A stretch of DNA of 60,050 nucleotides from an uncultured Burkholderiales bacterium (lineage in GTDB: Bacteria; Actinomycetota; Acidimicrobiia; IMCC26256; JACPCJ01), in contig CAZTOV010000002.1 of NCBI GenBank assembly GCA_964615175.1, forward strand, positions 1 to 60,050. The letters are read 5' to 3'. The position numbers were made by a program, and so were the translations under genes. Below the pieces are notes generated by a model, which was not told the origin of the DNA, did not search any database, and saw only the letters and a list, made by a program, of their open reading frames with translations. Positions 46,304 through 56,442 of this stretch are shown piece after piece (the stretch's first letter is position 1; every line of letters begins with the position of its first letter).

Positions 46304-47280
46304 GAGACGCCCCGGCCCAGGTGCCGCGACCCGATCACGCCGCCATTCTCGATTCACCGATCTTCATCCGCGGGATCCTGCCGCGCAGTGGAACCAATTT
46401 CCTCCATGACGCGCTGCTCCTGCATCCGGACTGCGCTCCGGCGCGGGCGCCCGTATGGGAGGACCACACGCTCATCGGCGTTCGTCAGTTGAAGCGGTAC
46501 GTGAACGAGGTCGTCCGGAGTTGGCACGACGCGACCGGTCGCCGCGGGGAGCTGGTGGCAGAACTCAGCCGTTCACTCGGTGACGGCATCACCGGATTCC
46601 TCGCCGAGACCGGGAACCGGCGGCTGGTGAGCAAGACTCCGTACGTCGACCATATCGACGAGTTCTTCACCTTCTTCCCCCGCGCGTTGCTGATCATCCT
46701 CGTGCGCGACGGACGGTCCGTCGTCCAATCGTCCCTCGACACCTTCGGCGGCGACTTCGAAACGACGGCACGGCTGTGGGCGGCCGCGGCCGACGAGATC
46801 GCCCGCTTCGATCAACAGCACCGCGAAGCGCCGCTCGCGTACCGCATCGTGCGCTACGAGGACCTCTACGAAGCACCTGAGAACACGCTCAGCGACCTGT
46901 TGGAGTTCTGCGGGCTCGACCGGGATCGCTACGACTTCGGTGCGGCCGCCCGATTGCCACTGCGCGGCTCATCGGTCCATCGGGGCGAAGGGCGCGACGT
47001 CCACTGGCACCCCGTGCAGCGGCCCCCGCAGTTCGATCCGACCGCCAGGTTCCGCGATTGGAGCCCCGCACGCCTTCGGCGTTTCGACTGGATCGCCGGT
47101 CACCAGCTCGAGCATTTCGGCTACGAGCGTTCGAAGGTGACGATGGCGCGCCCGCACGCCATCGGGCAGGTGGCCCGTGACGTCCGATGGTCGATCGGGA
47201 CTCCGTGGCGGGTGGCCCGCCACCGACTTGCCTATCGGCGGATTCGTCAAAGGCGAGAGCGAACGGCGGCGCTCGCGTAG
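46300..47280 (+). CDS. Sulfotransferase family protein
   Basis: PRSGTN, SKTP, LVRDGRSVV and VRYEDL motifs. Confidence 0.88.
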   Translation: MRDAPAQVPRPDHAAILDSPIFIRGILPRSGTNFLHDALLLHPDCAPARAPVWEDHTLIGVRQLKRYVNEVVRSWHDATGRRGELVAELSRSLGDGITGFLAETGNRRLVSKTPYVDHIDEFFTFFPRALLIILVRDGRSVVQSSLDTFGGDFETTARLWAAAADEIARFDQQHREAPLAYRIVRYEDLYEAPENTLSDLLEFCGLDRDRYDFGAAARLPLRGSSVHRGEGRDVHWHPVQRPPQFDPTARFRDWSPARLRRFDWIAGHQLEHFGYERSKVTMARPHAIGQVARDVRWSIGTPWRVARHRLAYRRIRQRRERTAALA

Positions 47281-48473
47281 GGAGCATCGGAAGCGTGGCG
47301 TGACAACACGTCTCGCTCGTGCAGCAGGTGCACCAGATCGCGACGGAACTGGTGCTCGGATGCTGCCTGGGCGTACGTGCGGAGGGCGGCGCCGTTCCAG
47401 GTGCGGCTCTCGAGCTTCTCCATCGCGTCGACCAACGCGTCCACCGATTGCTCGGGGAAGTGGATGCCGGTGACGCCGTCGACGACGGACTCGAGCGCTC
47501 CTCCCAGCCCGTAGGCGATGACCGGTCGACCAGCCGCGTTCGCCTCGAGGGGGACGAGCCCGAAGTCCTCGAGGCCCGGTTGGACGAGCGCTCGGCAGTT
47601 GGTGAGCAGGGCCGCCATCTCGGCGTCGCCGATGTCGTGGCGGAACTCGGTGTGCGAGTCCGCAGCCGCCCGCAGATCGGCCTCGGCCGGCCCGCTCCCG
47701 ACGACGATCAGACGTACCCCCCGGGCCTCGGCGGCCCGGACGGCCAGGTCGATGCGCTTGTACGGCAGCAGCCTCGACACGACGAGGTAGTAGGGCTCGT
47801 CCGGCACTCCCGCCGCGGTGTGGGGAACCGTGAACCGTTCGCGCCGCACCGGCGGGTACACGATTTCGGCGTGGCGCCGGTAGGCCCGTGCGATCCGTGC
47901 AGCGACCACCCGCGAGTTGGCCACGTACAGGTCCGGCCTGGTCGCGGCTTGCTGGTCCCAGCGGCGGAGGATCGGGAACAGCGGGCGGAGCAGTGGACGC
48001 GCCCAGCGGGGGACCGGTCCGCCCCTCTCGAGGTATTCGTCGGTCTGATAGAGCCAGCGGGGAGGGTTGTGGCAATAGCAGAGGTGGTAGGCGTCGCCGG
48101 CGTCGACGCCGTGCGCGAAGCGGGACGAGCTGGACACCACCAGGTCGTACCCGCTCGCATCGATGCGACCGATCGCCCACGGATACAGCGGGAGAAGCCC
48201 GCGAGCGGCGTTCCCCCCGTGAGGGAGCCGTTGGAGCGGCGTCACCCGCACGTCGAGATCTTCGAAGTCGGGGTAGGTGCGGTCGGGGTCGTAGACGGTC
48301 GTGAGAATCGGAGCGTCGGGGAAGAGTCGGTGGAGCGCGAGGACGACCTGTTCAGCGCCGCCGCGTTGGGTGAGGTCGTCGTGGACGATGGCGACGCGCA
48401 GCACCGATCCGGGAATCGTCCACGCGTGGTCGTCGGCATCCTCGGAGGTGTCGAACGGGGTGCTCACACCCAT
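47247..48473 (-). CDS. Glycosyltransferase family 4
   Basis: GGAEQV, SRLLPYKRIDL and EDFGLVPLEANAAGRPV motifs. Confidence 0.92.
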   Translation of the reverse strand: MGVSTPFDTSEDADDHAWTIPGSVLRVAIVHDDLTQRGGAEQVVLALHRLFPDAPILTTVYDPDRTYPDFEDLDVRVTPLQRLPHGGNAARGLLPLYPWAIGRIDASGYDLVVSSSSRFAHGVDAGDAYHLCYCHNPPRWLYQTDEYLERGGPVPRWARPLLRPLFPILRRWDQQAATRPDLYVANSRVVAARIARAYRRHAEIVYPPVRRERFTVPHTAAGVPDEPYYLVVSRLLPYKRIDLAVRAAEARGVRLIVVGSGPAEADLRAAADSHTEFRHDIGDAEMAALLTNCRALVQPGLEDFGLVPLEANAAGRPVIAYGLGGALESVVDGVTGIHFPEQSVDALVDAMEKLESRTWNGAALRTYAQAASEHQFRRDLVHLLHERDVLSRHASDAPYASAAVRSRL

Positions 48474-48515
48474 CCCACACCGCGCCTGCCCGCATGTCGC
48501 GGGGGTGTCGGGTGC

Positions 48516-49571
48516 TCACGGTTGGTCGTCGCTTCGGTCGTCCTCTCCGGCGAGGGGTACGCCGGTGGACTCGGGGATGGCCGATGCGGTGCTGTAGGGA
48601 GCCCGGCCGGTTCGCCTGCGCACCCACCAGACGAGGCGGTACAGAACCATGATGGCCCGATGGCCGATCAACGCACCCACCGCGCACCGGAACCACAGGC
48701 TCCGGACGCGACGGCCGACCACCGGCGACGTCGCGATCGCCGGGCGGAGACGCACGGCGCCGGAGAAGTGCCGGAGCGCGGCGCGTGGACGCCGTTCCAC
48801 CCACTCCATGACCCCGTGCCGGAACCGGATGCGCGCCTCCAGCGTCCGTTCGCCGCGTCGACGCCTCTCGGTCTCCGACCCTTCGAGGAACGTCCTCCGG
48901 TTGGCGTTTTCGATCTCGAAGGTGTCGGGCGGCCGTCGCTGCCCGGTGTGGCGCCGGTGCTCGACGACCACGTCGGGGACCAGCACCGTCGGACCGTGGC
49001 GGGAGAGCCGGAGCGCGAGGTCCTGGTCTTCCCCCTGGGTCAGGTCCGCTGCCCAGCCGTCCACCCGGCGCAGCGTCGCCACCCGGAACAGGGTCGCCGC
49101 CGGAAGCCCGACCCAGCCGAACATCACGTCGTCGAAGACGTCGCGGACGGTGCGCCGACGCGGATGCCGGAAGCGACGGCGGTGGCCTCGCTCGTCGAAC
49201 GCCTCGACGGCTCCGACCGCCGCCACCGCCCCGGGGTTCCGTTCGAGCGACGATGCCAGCGTCCCGAGCGCTCCGGGGCGCAGGCGGTCGTCGTCGTCGA
49301 GGAACAACACGAAGGCCCCGCGAGCGAGATCCAGTCCGGCGTTCCGTGCGGCCGAACGCTCGGAACGACTGTCGAGTCGGATGCCGCTCACCCGGGGGTC
49401 GTCGACGGTGGAGAGCCACTCGGTGGTGCCGTCGTCGGAGGCGTCATCGACGACGATCAGCTCCCAAGCGGCGGCGTCCTGGCTGCGGACGCTCTCGACG
49501 GCTTCCCGGAGGTACGTGAGCCGATTGCGGGTCGGAACGACCACCGAGACCCTGACCGTTCCGTCGTTCAC
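48516..49571 (-). CDS. Glycosyltransferase family 2
   Basis: VSVVVPTRNR, VDDASDD, ARNAGL and FLDDDD motifs. Confidence 0.92.
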   Translation of the reverse strand: MNDGTVRVSVVVPTRNRLTYLREAVESVRSQDAAAWELIVVDDASDDGTTEWLSTVDDPRVSGIRLDSRSERSAARNAGLDLARGAFVLFLDDDDRLRPGALGTLASSLERNPGAVAAVGAVEAFDERGHRRRFRHPRRRTVRDVFDDVMFGWVGLPAATLFRVATLRRVDGWAADLTQGEDQDLALRLSRHGPTVLVPDVVVEHRRHTGQRRPPDTFEIENANRRTFLEGSETERRRRGERTLEARIRFRHGVMEWVERRPRAALRHFSGAVRLRPAIATSPVVGRRVRSLWFRCAVGALIGHRAIMVLYRLVWWVRRRTGRAPYSTASAIPESTGVPLAGEDDRSDDQP

Positions 49572-49620
49572 CGGCCCGAGCCTACCGGCCTCGATCCGCT
49601 CGCCATCGCAGTCGGGTGGC

Positions 49621-50805
49621 TCAGGCCAGCTCGAAGATGTCGACGCTCAGGTGACCGGTGTTGGGTCCACTGGTCACCGGGTCGACGAGCGAGAAATCGA
49701 GCTGACCTCCGTTGGCGCTCACGACGGTCCAGTAGACGTGGCCCAGTCCGTCGCAGCCTTCGGTGGCGGCGGTGGCAGGAGTGTGGCGCGGGAACGTCCG
49801 CACGCCGACCTGGGCCGGGACGGCGGGGGTCCAGTCGAGGTCCAGGCCGTTCACGAGAAGCTCGCCGCCCGCATCGGCGAACCGGTCCCGCTCGTAGGTG
49901 GGGTCGTCCTTGGTGCGCGTGCACTCGGCATCGGCGAGGTCGAAGAGCGTGTTGTAGGTCCACATGCCCCGGACGACGAGGACGTAGTCACGGCTGCGGG
50001 GCGGGAGCGCGGTCGAGCCGGAGCCCGCGTTCTGCGGCGATACGAGGACCGTCTCGACGTGAGGCCCGACCGGCGCTCCCGCCCCGCCGACCTCCTCGAC
50101 CGTGACCGACAGGGACTCGGGCCCGTTGTCGTCGTAGAACACGTCGAAGATGCGGAAGTTCACCCTTCGGGTATCGGTCGGCGTGAAGAACACCTCGTAG
50201 CGGTGGGGGTCGGACGCCGGGTCTCCGTTGTGGCAGCCGAGCGGACTCGGCGGGTGTTCGACCGACACGTCGGCCGGTGATCGGTCGAGCGGCGGGAAGT
50301 GGGGGTGCGCCTCCGCCGAGACGTCCGGGACCGGCCACCACTCGACGTTGCGGTTGTCGATGTAGAGGTCCGGGGCGTCGTCGGTCGGATCGGGGTCGCG
50401 GTAGTCGGTGTTGGGGAGCGTGTACGGGTTGGGGTTTCCCGTGTTGGGATCGACCACCAGGGGCGACCCGTAGAACGCGAACCGGTATCGGGTCCAGATC
50501 GGGAACGGTTCGACGCCCGAGATGGGGTTGAAGCCGGAGCGGTCCATGGTGCACTCGGCGTCGCCGATCTGCTTGTTGGTCTGGACGCCGTAGTCAAAGG
50601 TCCCCTCGGCGACGGCGCGATACACCTTTCCGCGTTGGAGAATCTGCTCGGTCTCGACCCCGCTGATACTGGCGACCGGCACGCTCAGCGTCTCCGGTGT
50701 GAACCCCGCAGCCGTGGCCGGAGGCTCGATGGCCACGAGCGACGCCACGACCGCGGTCACCAGCGCGATCGCCGAGATCCTTCGCCGGGCTCGCCCGTAC
50801 CCCAT
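49621..50805 (-). CDS. Secreted hypothetical protein with two 'DAEC' domains
   Basis: Signal peptide; internal duplication GTFDYG...GDAECT / GMWTY...ADAECT; clear paralogue of the next gene. Confidence 0.8.
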   Translation of the reverse strand: MGYGRARRRISAIALVTAVVASLVAIEPPATAAGFTPETLSVPVASISGVETEQILQRGKVYRAVAEGTFDYGVQTNKQIGDAECTMDRSGFNPISGVEPFPIWTRYRFAFYGSPLVVDPNTGNPNPYTLPNTDYRDPDPTDDAPDLYIDNRNVEWWPVPDVSAEAHPHFPPLDRSPADVSVEHPPSPLGCHNGDPASDPHRYEVFFTPTDTRRVNFRIFDVFYDDNGPESLSVTVEEVGGAGAPVGPHVETVLVSPQNAGSGSTALPPRSRDYVLVVRGMWTYNTLFDLADAECTRTKDDPTYERDRFADAGGELLVNGLDLDWTPAVPAQVGVRTFPRHTPATAATEGCDGLGHVYWTVVSANGGQLDFSLVDPVTSGPNTGHLSVDIFELA

Positions 50806-50887
50806 CTCGCTTCCCTTCCGTGGTCCTGTCAGGCCGGTCCCACTTGTTCTACGGGCGAAGGCGGCACGATGCGCGCCCGGTCTTCGA

Positions 50888-52027
50888 TCACTCAGGAGTG
50901 TCCAGCTCGTAGATGTCGACCGACAGATGGCCGGTCACGACCCCGGCTGAGTCCGGCGGGACCGACATCTCGAAATGCAGCGGGGCGCCGGTGCCGGTGT
51001 GCCCGACCGTGTAGTAGTGGCTCATGCCGTCGCAACCCTGCACCGCGACGGTGGCGGGTTTGCCGAACGGCACGGTGCGCGCCCAGACCTGGGCCGGGAC
51101 GACCGGCTGCCACTCGACGGGGGCGCCGTCGATCCACATCTCGCCCGTGTCGGAGGCGCCGGCGCCGAACCGGTGGGGGTGGTACGCGGGGTCTCCCGGC
51201 GTGCGGGTGCACTCGGCGTCGGCGAGGTGGTAGGGCCCCTGGTACGTCCACATGCCGTGGGCGACGAGTACGAAGTCATCACCGCTGGGGAGCGGCGTCG
51301 ACGTGGCGCCCTCGGTTTCGGGGGAGACGAGGACCGTCTCGATGTGGCGGCCCAGCGACAGCCCGGTGTCCGCCACCTCTTCGACCGTGATCTCGATCGT
51401 GTTTTCACCGTCGGGCCCGGGGGGATCGTTGTCTTCGTAGAACACGTCGTACACGCGGAGGTTCACCGGTCTCGTCTGAGGAGCGAGGAAGAACACTTCG
51501 TAGCGGTGGGCATCGACCGCGGGATGGCCGTCGTGGCACCCCAGCGGACCGGTGGTGTGGCGAACCGACTCCCCGATCGGCGCCCATTCGACGTTGCGCT
51601 GGTCCACGTAGACGTCGCCGGGGTCATCCGTCGGGTCCGGGTCCCGCAGGTCGGTGTTGAGGACGTTGTAGGGATCGAGGGGATCGGGGGCGGCGAAGAA
51701 GGTCCAGCGGTGCCGGAGCCAGTTCGACGTGCGGCTCGGGGCGTCACGCACCGGGTCGACCTGGGTCGCGTCGTGGGTGCATTCGGCGTCGGCGAGCTGT
51801 GCCTGACGGAGTCCGTAGTCGTAGGTCCCCGAGGCGGTGAGCCGGTACAGGGTCCCCGATCGGAGCGGCTGCTGGGTCCACTCGCCGATCGGGTCGTTCC
51901 CGGCGAGGGTGATCGATTCGGTCGCGAAGCCCGAATCAGCGTGAGCCGTCGAACCGACCGCGGGGGACGAGACGACGCTCAACACGAGACCGAGCACCAT
52001 GCCGATGGTTCGGCGGCGCGCGCGCAT
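50888..52027 (-). CDS. Secreted hypothetical protein with two 'DAEC' domains (paralogue)
   Basis: MRARRRTIGMVLGLVL... signal; shares RDPDPTDD, PLGCH, HRYEVFF, ETVLVSP and GHLSVDI with 49621..50805. Confidence 0.8.
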   Translation of the reverse strand: MRARRRTIGMVLGLVLSVVSSPAVGSTAHADSGFATESITLAGNDPIGEWTQQPLRSGTLYRLTASGTYDYGLRQAQLADAECTHDATQVDPVRDAPSRTSNWLRHRWTFFAAPDPLDPYNVLNTDLRDPDPTDDPGDVYVDQRNVEWAPIGESVRHTTGPLGCHDGHPAVDAHRYEVFFLAPQTRPVNLRVYDVFYEDNDPPGPDGENTIEITVEEVADTGLSLGRHIETVLVSPETEGATSTPLPSGDDFVLVAHGMWTYQGPYHLADAECTRTPGDPAYHPHRFGAGASDTGEMWIDGAPVEWQPVVPAQVWARTVPFGKPATVAVQGCDGMSHYYTVGHTGTGAPLHFEMSVPPDSAGVVTGHLSVDIYELDTPE

Positions 52028-52145
52028 CGCGCAGGTGGGCGTCGTTCGCCGTAATGCATGTGAAGACCGCACACCCCACTCACGACCCAACTGGCAGTCG
52101 TGCGCGAAATGGGGTCGCCGGGAACCGAGCGAAGCCGAGGACGGC

Positions 52146-54188
52146 GTGAACCGAGGGCAACGACATCTCGCACCGACGATCGCCGTGACGCTCGCGGCGC
52201 TGTTCGCCGCGCTCCTCGTCCCCGCCCCGGCGCAGGCTCAATCCTCAGGAACCCTCCAACTCACGTATGACTTCGAGGGTGACGACCTCGGTCAGCCTCC
52301 GGCCGGGGTCTCGGCCGTGGCCGGCAAGGCCGAGGTGGCCCTCGATCTCGGCGCCAGCAAGGGGATGCGGCCGACCGAGGCCGGTCGGGTCGACACCAAG
52401 CCCCATGGCATCAAGCTCGCCGCGTTCGCGTTCGATGCCGTCGTCGGCTCCGACATGACGGTTACATGGAAGGAATCGGCGCTCCTCGGCGGGGACCGCC
52501 ACTCGATGACGTTGCGTCACTACGGGGAGATCAGCGGATACATCTTCACCGTCAGCAACGTCGTCCTCGAACAGAAGCGGGGCACTCACCACAACGAGGT
52601 GGCGATCTACCGGGCGACCGACGACAACCACATCGAGCTGCTCGCATCCACCCCATTGCTCGGTGCGCCGGTGCGTTCGTTCGAGGCCGCGGCGGTTGAT
52701 CGTCAGATGTCCGACGGCACCGTCGTGACCGATCTGCGCCTCTCGGCTTCGGACGACGGCGAGACGTTCACGCCGGTGCTCGAGCTCGTCGACGACGACC
52801 CCCTGCCGGCCGGGGGCCTCGAATACGTCGGTGGTTGGGAGGGAACCGACCCGACCCGCACCGTCATCGACGACGTCCGGGCCGATTTCATGCCCACGCC
52901 GTCGGTGGTCGTGACCTCGCCGGTCGACCACCAGGTGCTCCAGCGTGACGTCGTCGACACCGCGGACATCGCAGTGACCGGTACCTACCGGCTGCCCCCG
53001 GGATATGCGGCTCCGGCCGCGATCGAGGCTCGGTGGGATGGCGGCACCTGGTCGACCCTTGACGTGGCGCCCACCGACGGATCGTTCCAGGGAGTGCTCT
53101 CGGGTCTGTCGCAGGGCCAGGGGCGGCTCGAGGTGCGCTTCGCCAACGACACTGCCGTCGTCGCCGAACGCGATCCGGTCGGCATCGGCGATGTGTTCGT
53201 CATCGCCGGGCAGAGCAACGCGGCCGGGTTCGGCAAGCACGGTCAGGTCTACACGCCCGACGACGACCGGGCGTCGATGTTCTCGGTCGGGCTCCGCTGG
53301 CAGGAGCTCGAGGACCCGGTGGGCGGCGTCGAAGGCTCGGTGTGGCCGCTGGTCGCCTCGCACTACACGGTCGACCAGGGGGGTGTTCCCGTGGCGTTCG
53401 TACCCACCGCGGTGGGAGGTACCTCGATCACGCAGTGGCAACCCGGCGACAAGTACTACGAGCGAATGCTCGGTCACGTAGCGGGCGCCGGCGGGGGCGT
53501 GAGAGCCGTGTTGTTCTGGCAGGGTGAGACCGACGCCGTCGACGGGATGAGCGAGAGCGCCTACGGCGCGTTGCTCGACGGCTTCGCCGCGGGTGTCGAA
53601 AGCGACCTGGGTGTTCCCGTCGTGGTCGCGCAGATCGGAGAGGTGGCGACCGACGGCGCCAACCTCGATCCGATCCGCGCAGCGCAGCGCGCCGCCTGGG
53701 ACGCGGGTGGCAACGTGCTCGCCGGGCCCACGCTCTACGACGTCGATCTCGGTGACGATTCGTTCGACGACGGCACGCACTTTCGGTCGAACGACGATCT
53801 CCAGGTCGCGGCCCGACGGTGGTGGGCCGCGCTCGATGCCCACTTCTTCGATGGAAGCGACGGCCGCGGTCCCCAGCTCGCGTCGGCGACTCGCGACGCG
53901 TCCGGTACGCAGGTGACGGTGACGTTCTCGGACGCCACCCTTCCTCTCGAGCCCACAACCGGCCTCGACGGGTTCGTCGTCGAGGAGGGCGGGAGCGCTG
54001 TCTCGGTGACCTCCTCGAACCGGACGGCGGACGACACCATCGTGCTGGACCTCGGCACCGCCCTGTCCGGCCCGGCGACGTTGTCGCTGGGCAAGGGTCA
54101 CACGGCGGCCGGCAGGACGGTGCCCACCGACTCGACGGGCGCGCGACTCCCCGCCGAATCGTTCGTCGACGTGGCGATCGGGTCCTGA
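52146..54188 (+). CDS. Secreted carbohydrate acetylesterase (SASA/CE6-like SGNH domain) with accessory beta domains
   Basis: FVIAGQSNA, VLFWQGETD and DGTH motifs; signal peptide ending AQA; GTG start at 52146. Confidence 0.82.
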   Translation: MNRGQRHLAPTIAVTLAALFAALLVPAPAQAQSSGTLQLTYDFEGDDLGQPPAGVSAVAGKAEVALDLGASKGMRPTEAGRVDTKPHGIKLAAFAFDAVVGSDMTVTWKESALLGGDRHSMTLRHYGEISGYIFTVSNVVLEQKRGTHHNEVAIYRATDDNHIELLASTPLLGAPVRSFEAAAVDRQMSDGTVVTDLRLSASDDGETFTPVLELVDDDPLPAGGLEYVGGWEGTDPTRTVIDDVRADFMPTPSVVVTSPVDHQVLQRDVVDTADIAVTGTYRLPPGYAAPAAIEARWDGGTWSTLDVAPTDGSFQGVLSGLSQGQGRLEVRFANDTAVVAERDPVGIGDVFVIAGQSNAAGFGKHGQVYTPDDDRASMFSVGLRWQELEDPVGGVEGSVWPLVASHYTVDQGGVPVAFVPTAVGGTSITQWQPGDKYYERMLGHVAGAGGGVRAVLFWQGETDAVDGMSESAYGALLDGFAAGVESDLGVPVVVAQIGEVATDGANLDPIRAAQRAAWDAGGNVLAGPTLYDVDLGDDSFDDGTHFRSNDDLQVAARRWWAALDAHFFDGSDGRGPQLASATRDASGTQVTVTFSDATLPLEPTTGLDGFVVEEGGSAVSVTSSNRTADDTIVLDLGTALSGPATLSLGKGHTAAGRTVPTDSTGARLPAESFVDVAIGS

Positions 54189-54228
54189 CGCGCCGCGACC
54201 TGCGCCCGGGCCACGGGTGGGACGGTTG

Positions 54229-55578
54229 ATGACCGAACTCCGGGAACCGGCCGCAGCTCCAGGTGCACCGACGCGAGTCCCGTCGACCGCCGACCGGAAG
54301 GTGCTGGTCCGGGCGGATTCGCAGGCGCGATCGCTCGGTGAGGGGGTCGTCGACCGCCGCGACCCGCGGCTGTGGTCCTCGGAGCTCCAGCGGCGCCTGC
54401 GCACGTCGGGCGATGACGTGTACGTCGAGAACGCCGGCGTCGCCGGCCTCCGGATCGGCGACGCATGGCGGGGCTACGAGCGGGACCACCTCGTCAGGGC
54501 GCATTTCGACGACTTCGACACCGTCATCCTGGCCCTCGGGGTCAACGACTGGTGGCCGCTCGCCCGTCCTCGATCCGTGGCCCGAGCGATGGAACGGGTC
54601 CGCCCCGTTCGCCTGCGGGTGGCGCTGAACCGGGCGTATCAGCGCGCCCGCCCCGCGCTCGTCCGTTGTTCGAACGGGCGCTTCCGCCCGACTGATCCGT
54701 CGGAGGCGCGCCGAGACCTCGAATGCCTCGTCGCCGCCCTCCGTGACCGGCACGACGTGTCCCTGGTCACGCCCCTCCCGGTGCGCTCTCCCCGGAACCC
54801 CGGCTTCGACGGCAACACGGTGGAGGCCGCGGCCGCGGTGACTGCGATCGCTCGGGATGCCGGCGTGCCGGTGGTCGACACCCATCGACTGTTCGAACCG
54901 CTCGCGTGGGACGAGGTCTCAGCCGACCACGTGCACGTCAACTGGGCGGGCCACGAGGTGATCGCCGAGGCCGTGGCCGCGGCCATCGACCGCGTCGGCA
55001 CGCGACCGCGCCAGCAGCGGGTGGCGCACCATCCCGGCCCGGTCGGCGGTCCCCGGGTGGCGGATGTCGTGGTGCGCTGCGATCTCGCCGGCCTCGGTAT
55101 CACGACCTCGGCAGAGGGTCAGTTCGTTCGCGAGTTGGAGCGGGCGCTGGAGGCTCGAGGGCAGCGGGCGGTCGCGGTTCGCGATGGCTGCTTCCGGGAC
55201 CTCGACACCGGCTATCTCCATCGGAGTGTTCTCTACGATCCCCTGGTCCGGGAGCCGGTCAGTCGCGCGGATCTGACCGTGCTTGGTGTCGCCCCGCCGC
55301 GACGCGTCACCGCCCATTCCCGAGAGGCCGTTCGCTGGTTGGTGGACGTCACGCGGGAGGTCACGTCCCCGCTGTTGGTGATTCCACCCCTCGAGCCCTC
55401 GATGGCACGGTCACACCGCCGCTTCGCCGCGCTGGTGGCCGCCATCGGACGGGACGTCGAAGTCCCCGTGGTCGACCTGTCGCCCCTGTCGCCCGCGTCC
55501 GATGAGTCGTCGCTGGAAGCGCTCGTCATCCGGCTCGCGGAGGCGATCGCTTTCCAGATGGCACCCGAGTCGAGGTGA
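54229..55578 (+). CDS. SGNH/GDSL hydrolase family protein with a degenerate second SGNH-like half
   Basis: ADS (block I variant), LGVND and DHVH motifs. Confidence 0.75.
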   Translation: MTELREPAAAPGAPTRVPSTADRKVLVRADSQARSLGEGVVDRRDPRLWSSELQRRLRTSGDDVYVENAGVAGLRIGDAWRGYERDHLVRAHFDDFDTVILALGVNDWWPLARPRSVARAMERVRPVRLRVALNRAYQRARPALVRCSNGRFRPTDPSEARRDLECLVAALRDRHDVSLVTPLPVRSPRNPGFDGNTVEAAAAVTAIARDAGVPVVDTHRLFEPLAWDEVSADHVHVNWAGHEVIAEAVAAAIDRVGTRPRQQRVAHHPGPVGGPRVADVVVRCDLAGLGITTSAEGQFVRELERALEARGQRAVAVRDGCFRDLDTGYLHRSVLYDPLVREPVSRADLTVLGVAPPRRVTAHSREAVRWLVDVTREVTSPLLVIPPLEPSMARSHRRFAALVAAIGRDVEVPVVDLSPLSPASDESSLEALVIRLAEAIAFQMAPESR

Positions 55579-56267
55579 CCGCGCCGATGGCCGGCCACCA
55601 CAGCCAGGAACAACACGCGTTGCACGTGGTTCCCGTCCGCGACCGCTTCCGGCAGGTCCTCGCCGACGCGGCCGAGAAGATCCCCGCGCATGCCGATGTC
55701 CTGGATGTCGGCGCGGGGGAGGCGCCGTCGTATCGAGACGTGCTTCCCTCGTCGGCGCGGCTCGTCGACTACGACATCGGCGCCGGCGACGTGCGGGGGT
55801 CGGCCGACCGCCTTCCGTTTCGGGACAACAGCTTCGATGTCGTGGTGTCGTTCGCGGTGTTCGAGCACCTGCGCGACCCTGACCGCTCCCTTGCGGAGAT
55901 CCGGCGCGTGCTGCGTCCCGGCGGGGTCCTGCTGCTCGGGACGCACGGGGTGTACCCCTACCACCCGACGCCGGGCGACTACACGCGCTGGACGCGCGAA
56001 GGGTTGGTCGAACTGGTCGGCCGCAACTTCGAAGTGGAGTCGGTCGCTCCGGCGGGCGGCGTCGCCCTCACGCTGACCACCCTCGTCGGCTTCTACCTCG
56101 AAGCGCTGTCGAACCGTCGCCGTGTTCTCCGCCCCCTCCGGTGGTTGGTGCGGCTCCTCAACCGCATCGGCAGCGCGCTGGACCGAGTGGTTCCGACCGC
56201 CCGCGATGGCGAGGAGGCCTTCGGGGCCATGTCGGTCGCCTACCTCGTGGTCGCACACCAACGCTGA
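55575..56267 (+). CDS. Class I SAM-dependent methyltransferase (type 11)
   Basis: VLDVGAG, LPFRDNSFD, VFEHL and RVLRPGG motifs. Confidence 0.9.
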   Translation: MTAPMAGHHSQEQHALHVVPVRDRFRQVLADAAEKIPAHADVLDVGAGEAPSYRDVLPSSARLVDYDIGAGDVRGSADRLPFRDNSFDVVVSFAVFEHLRDPDRSLAEIRRVLRPGGVLLLGTHGVYPYHPTPGDYTRWTREGLVELVGRNFEVESVAPAGGVALTLTTLVGFYLEALSNRRRVLRPLRWLVRLLNRIGSALDRVVPTARDGEEAFGAMSVAYLVVAHQR

Positions 56268-56442
56268 TGGGACCACAGCGCAAGGACGTGTCGTTGGGCT
56301 CGACCGCGCGGCGAACGAGGAGCGCGATGCCCGGCCCGCTCGGGTGTGTACGGAGTGATGAAGTGGGAACGTCAGTACCCGGGGGGTCACCGGCAGAGCC
56401 TGAAGGGGCGCGTCGACCGGGTCGCCGTCAACGAGGCGCCTC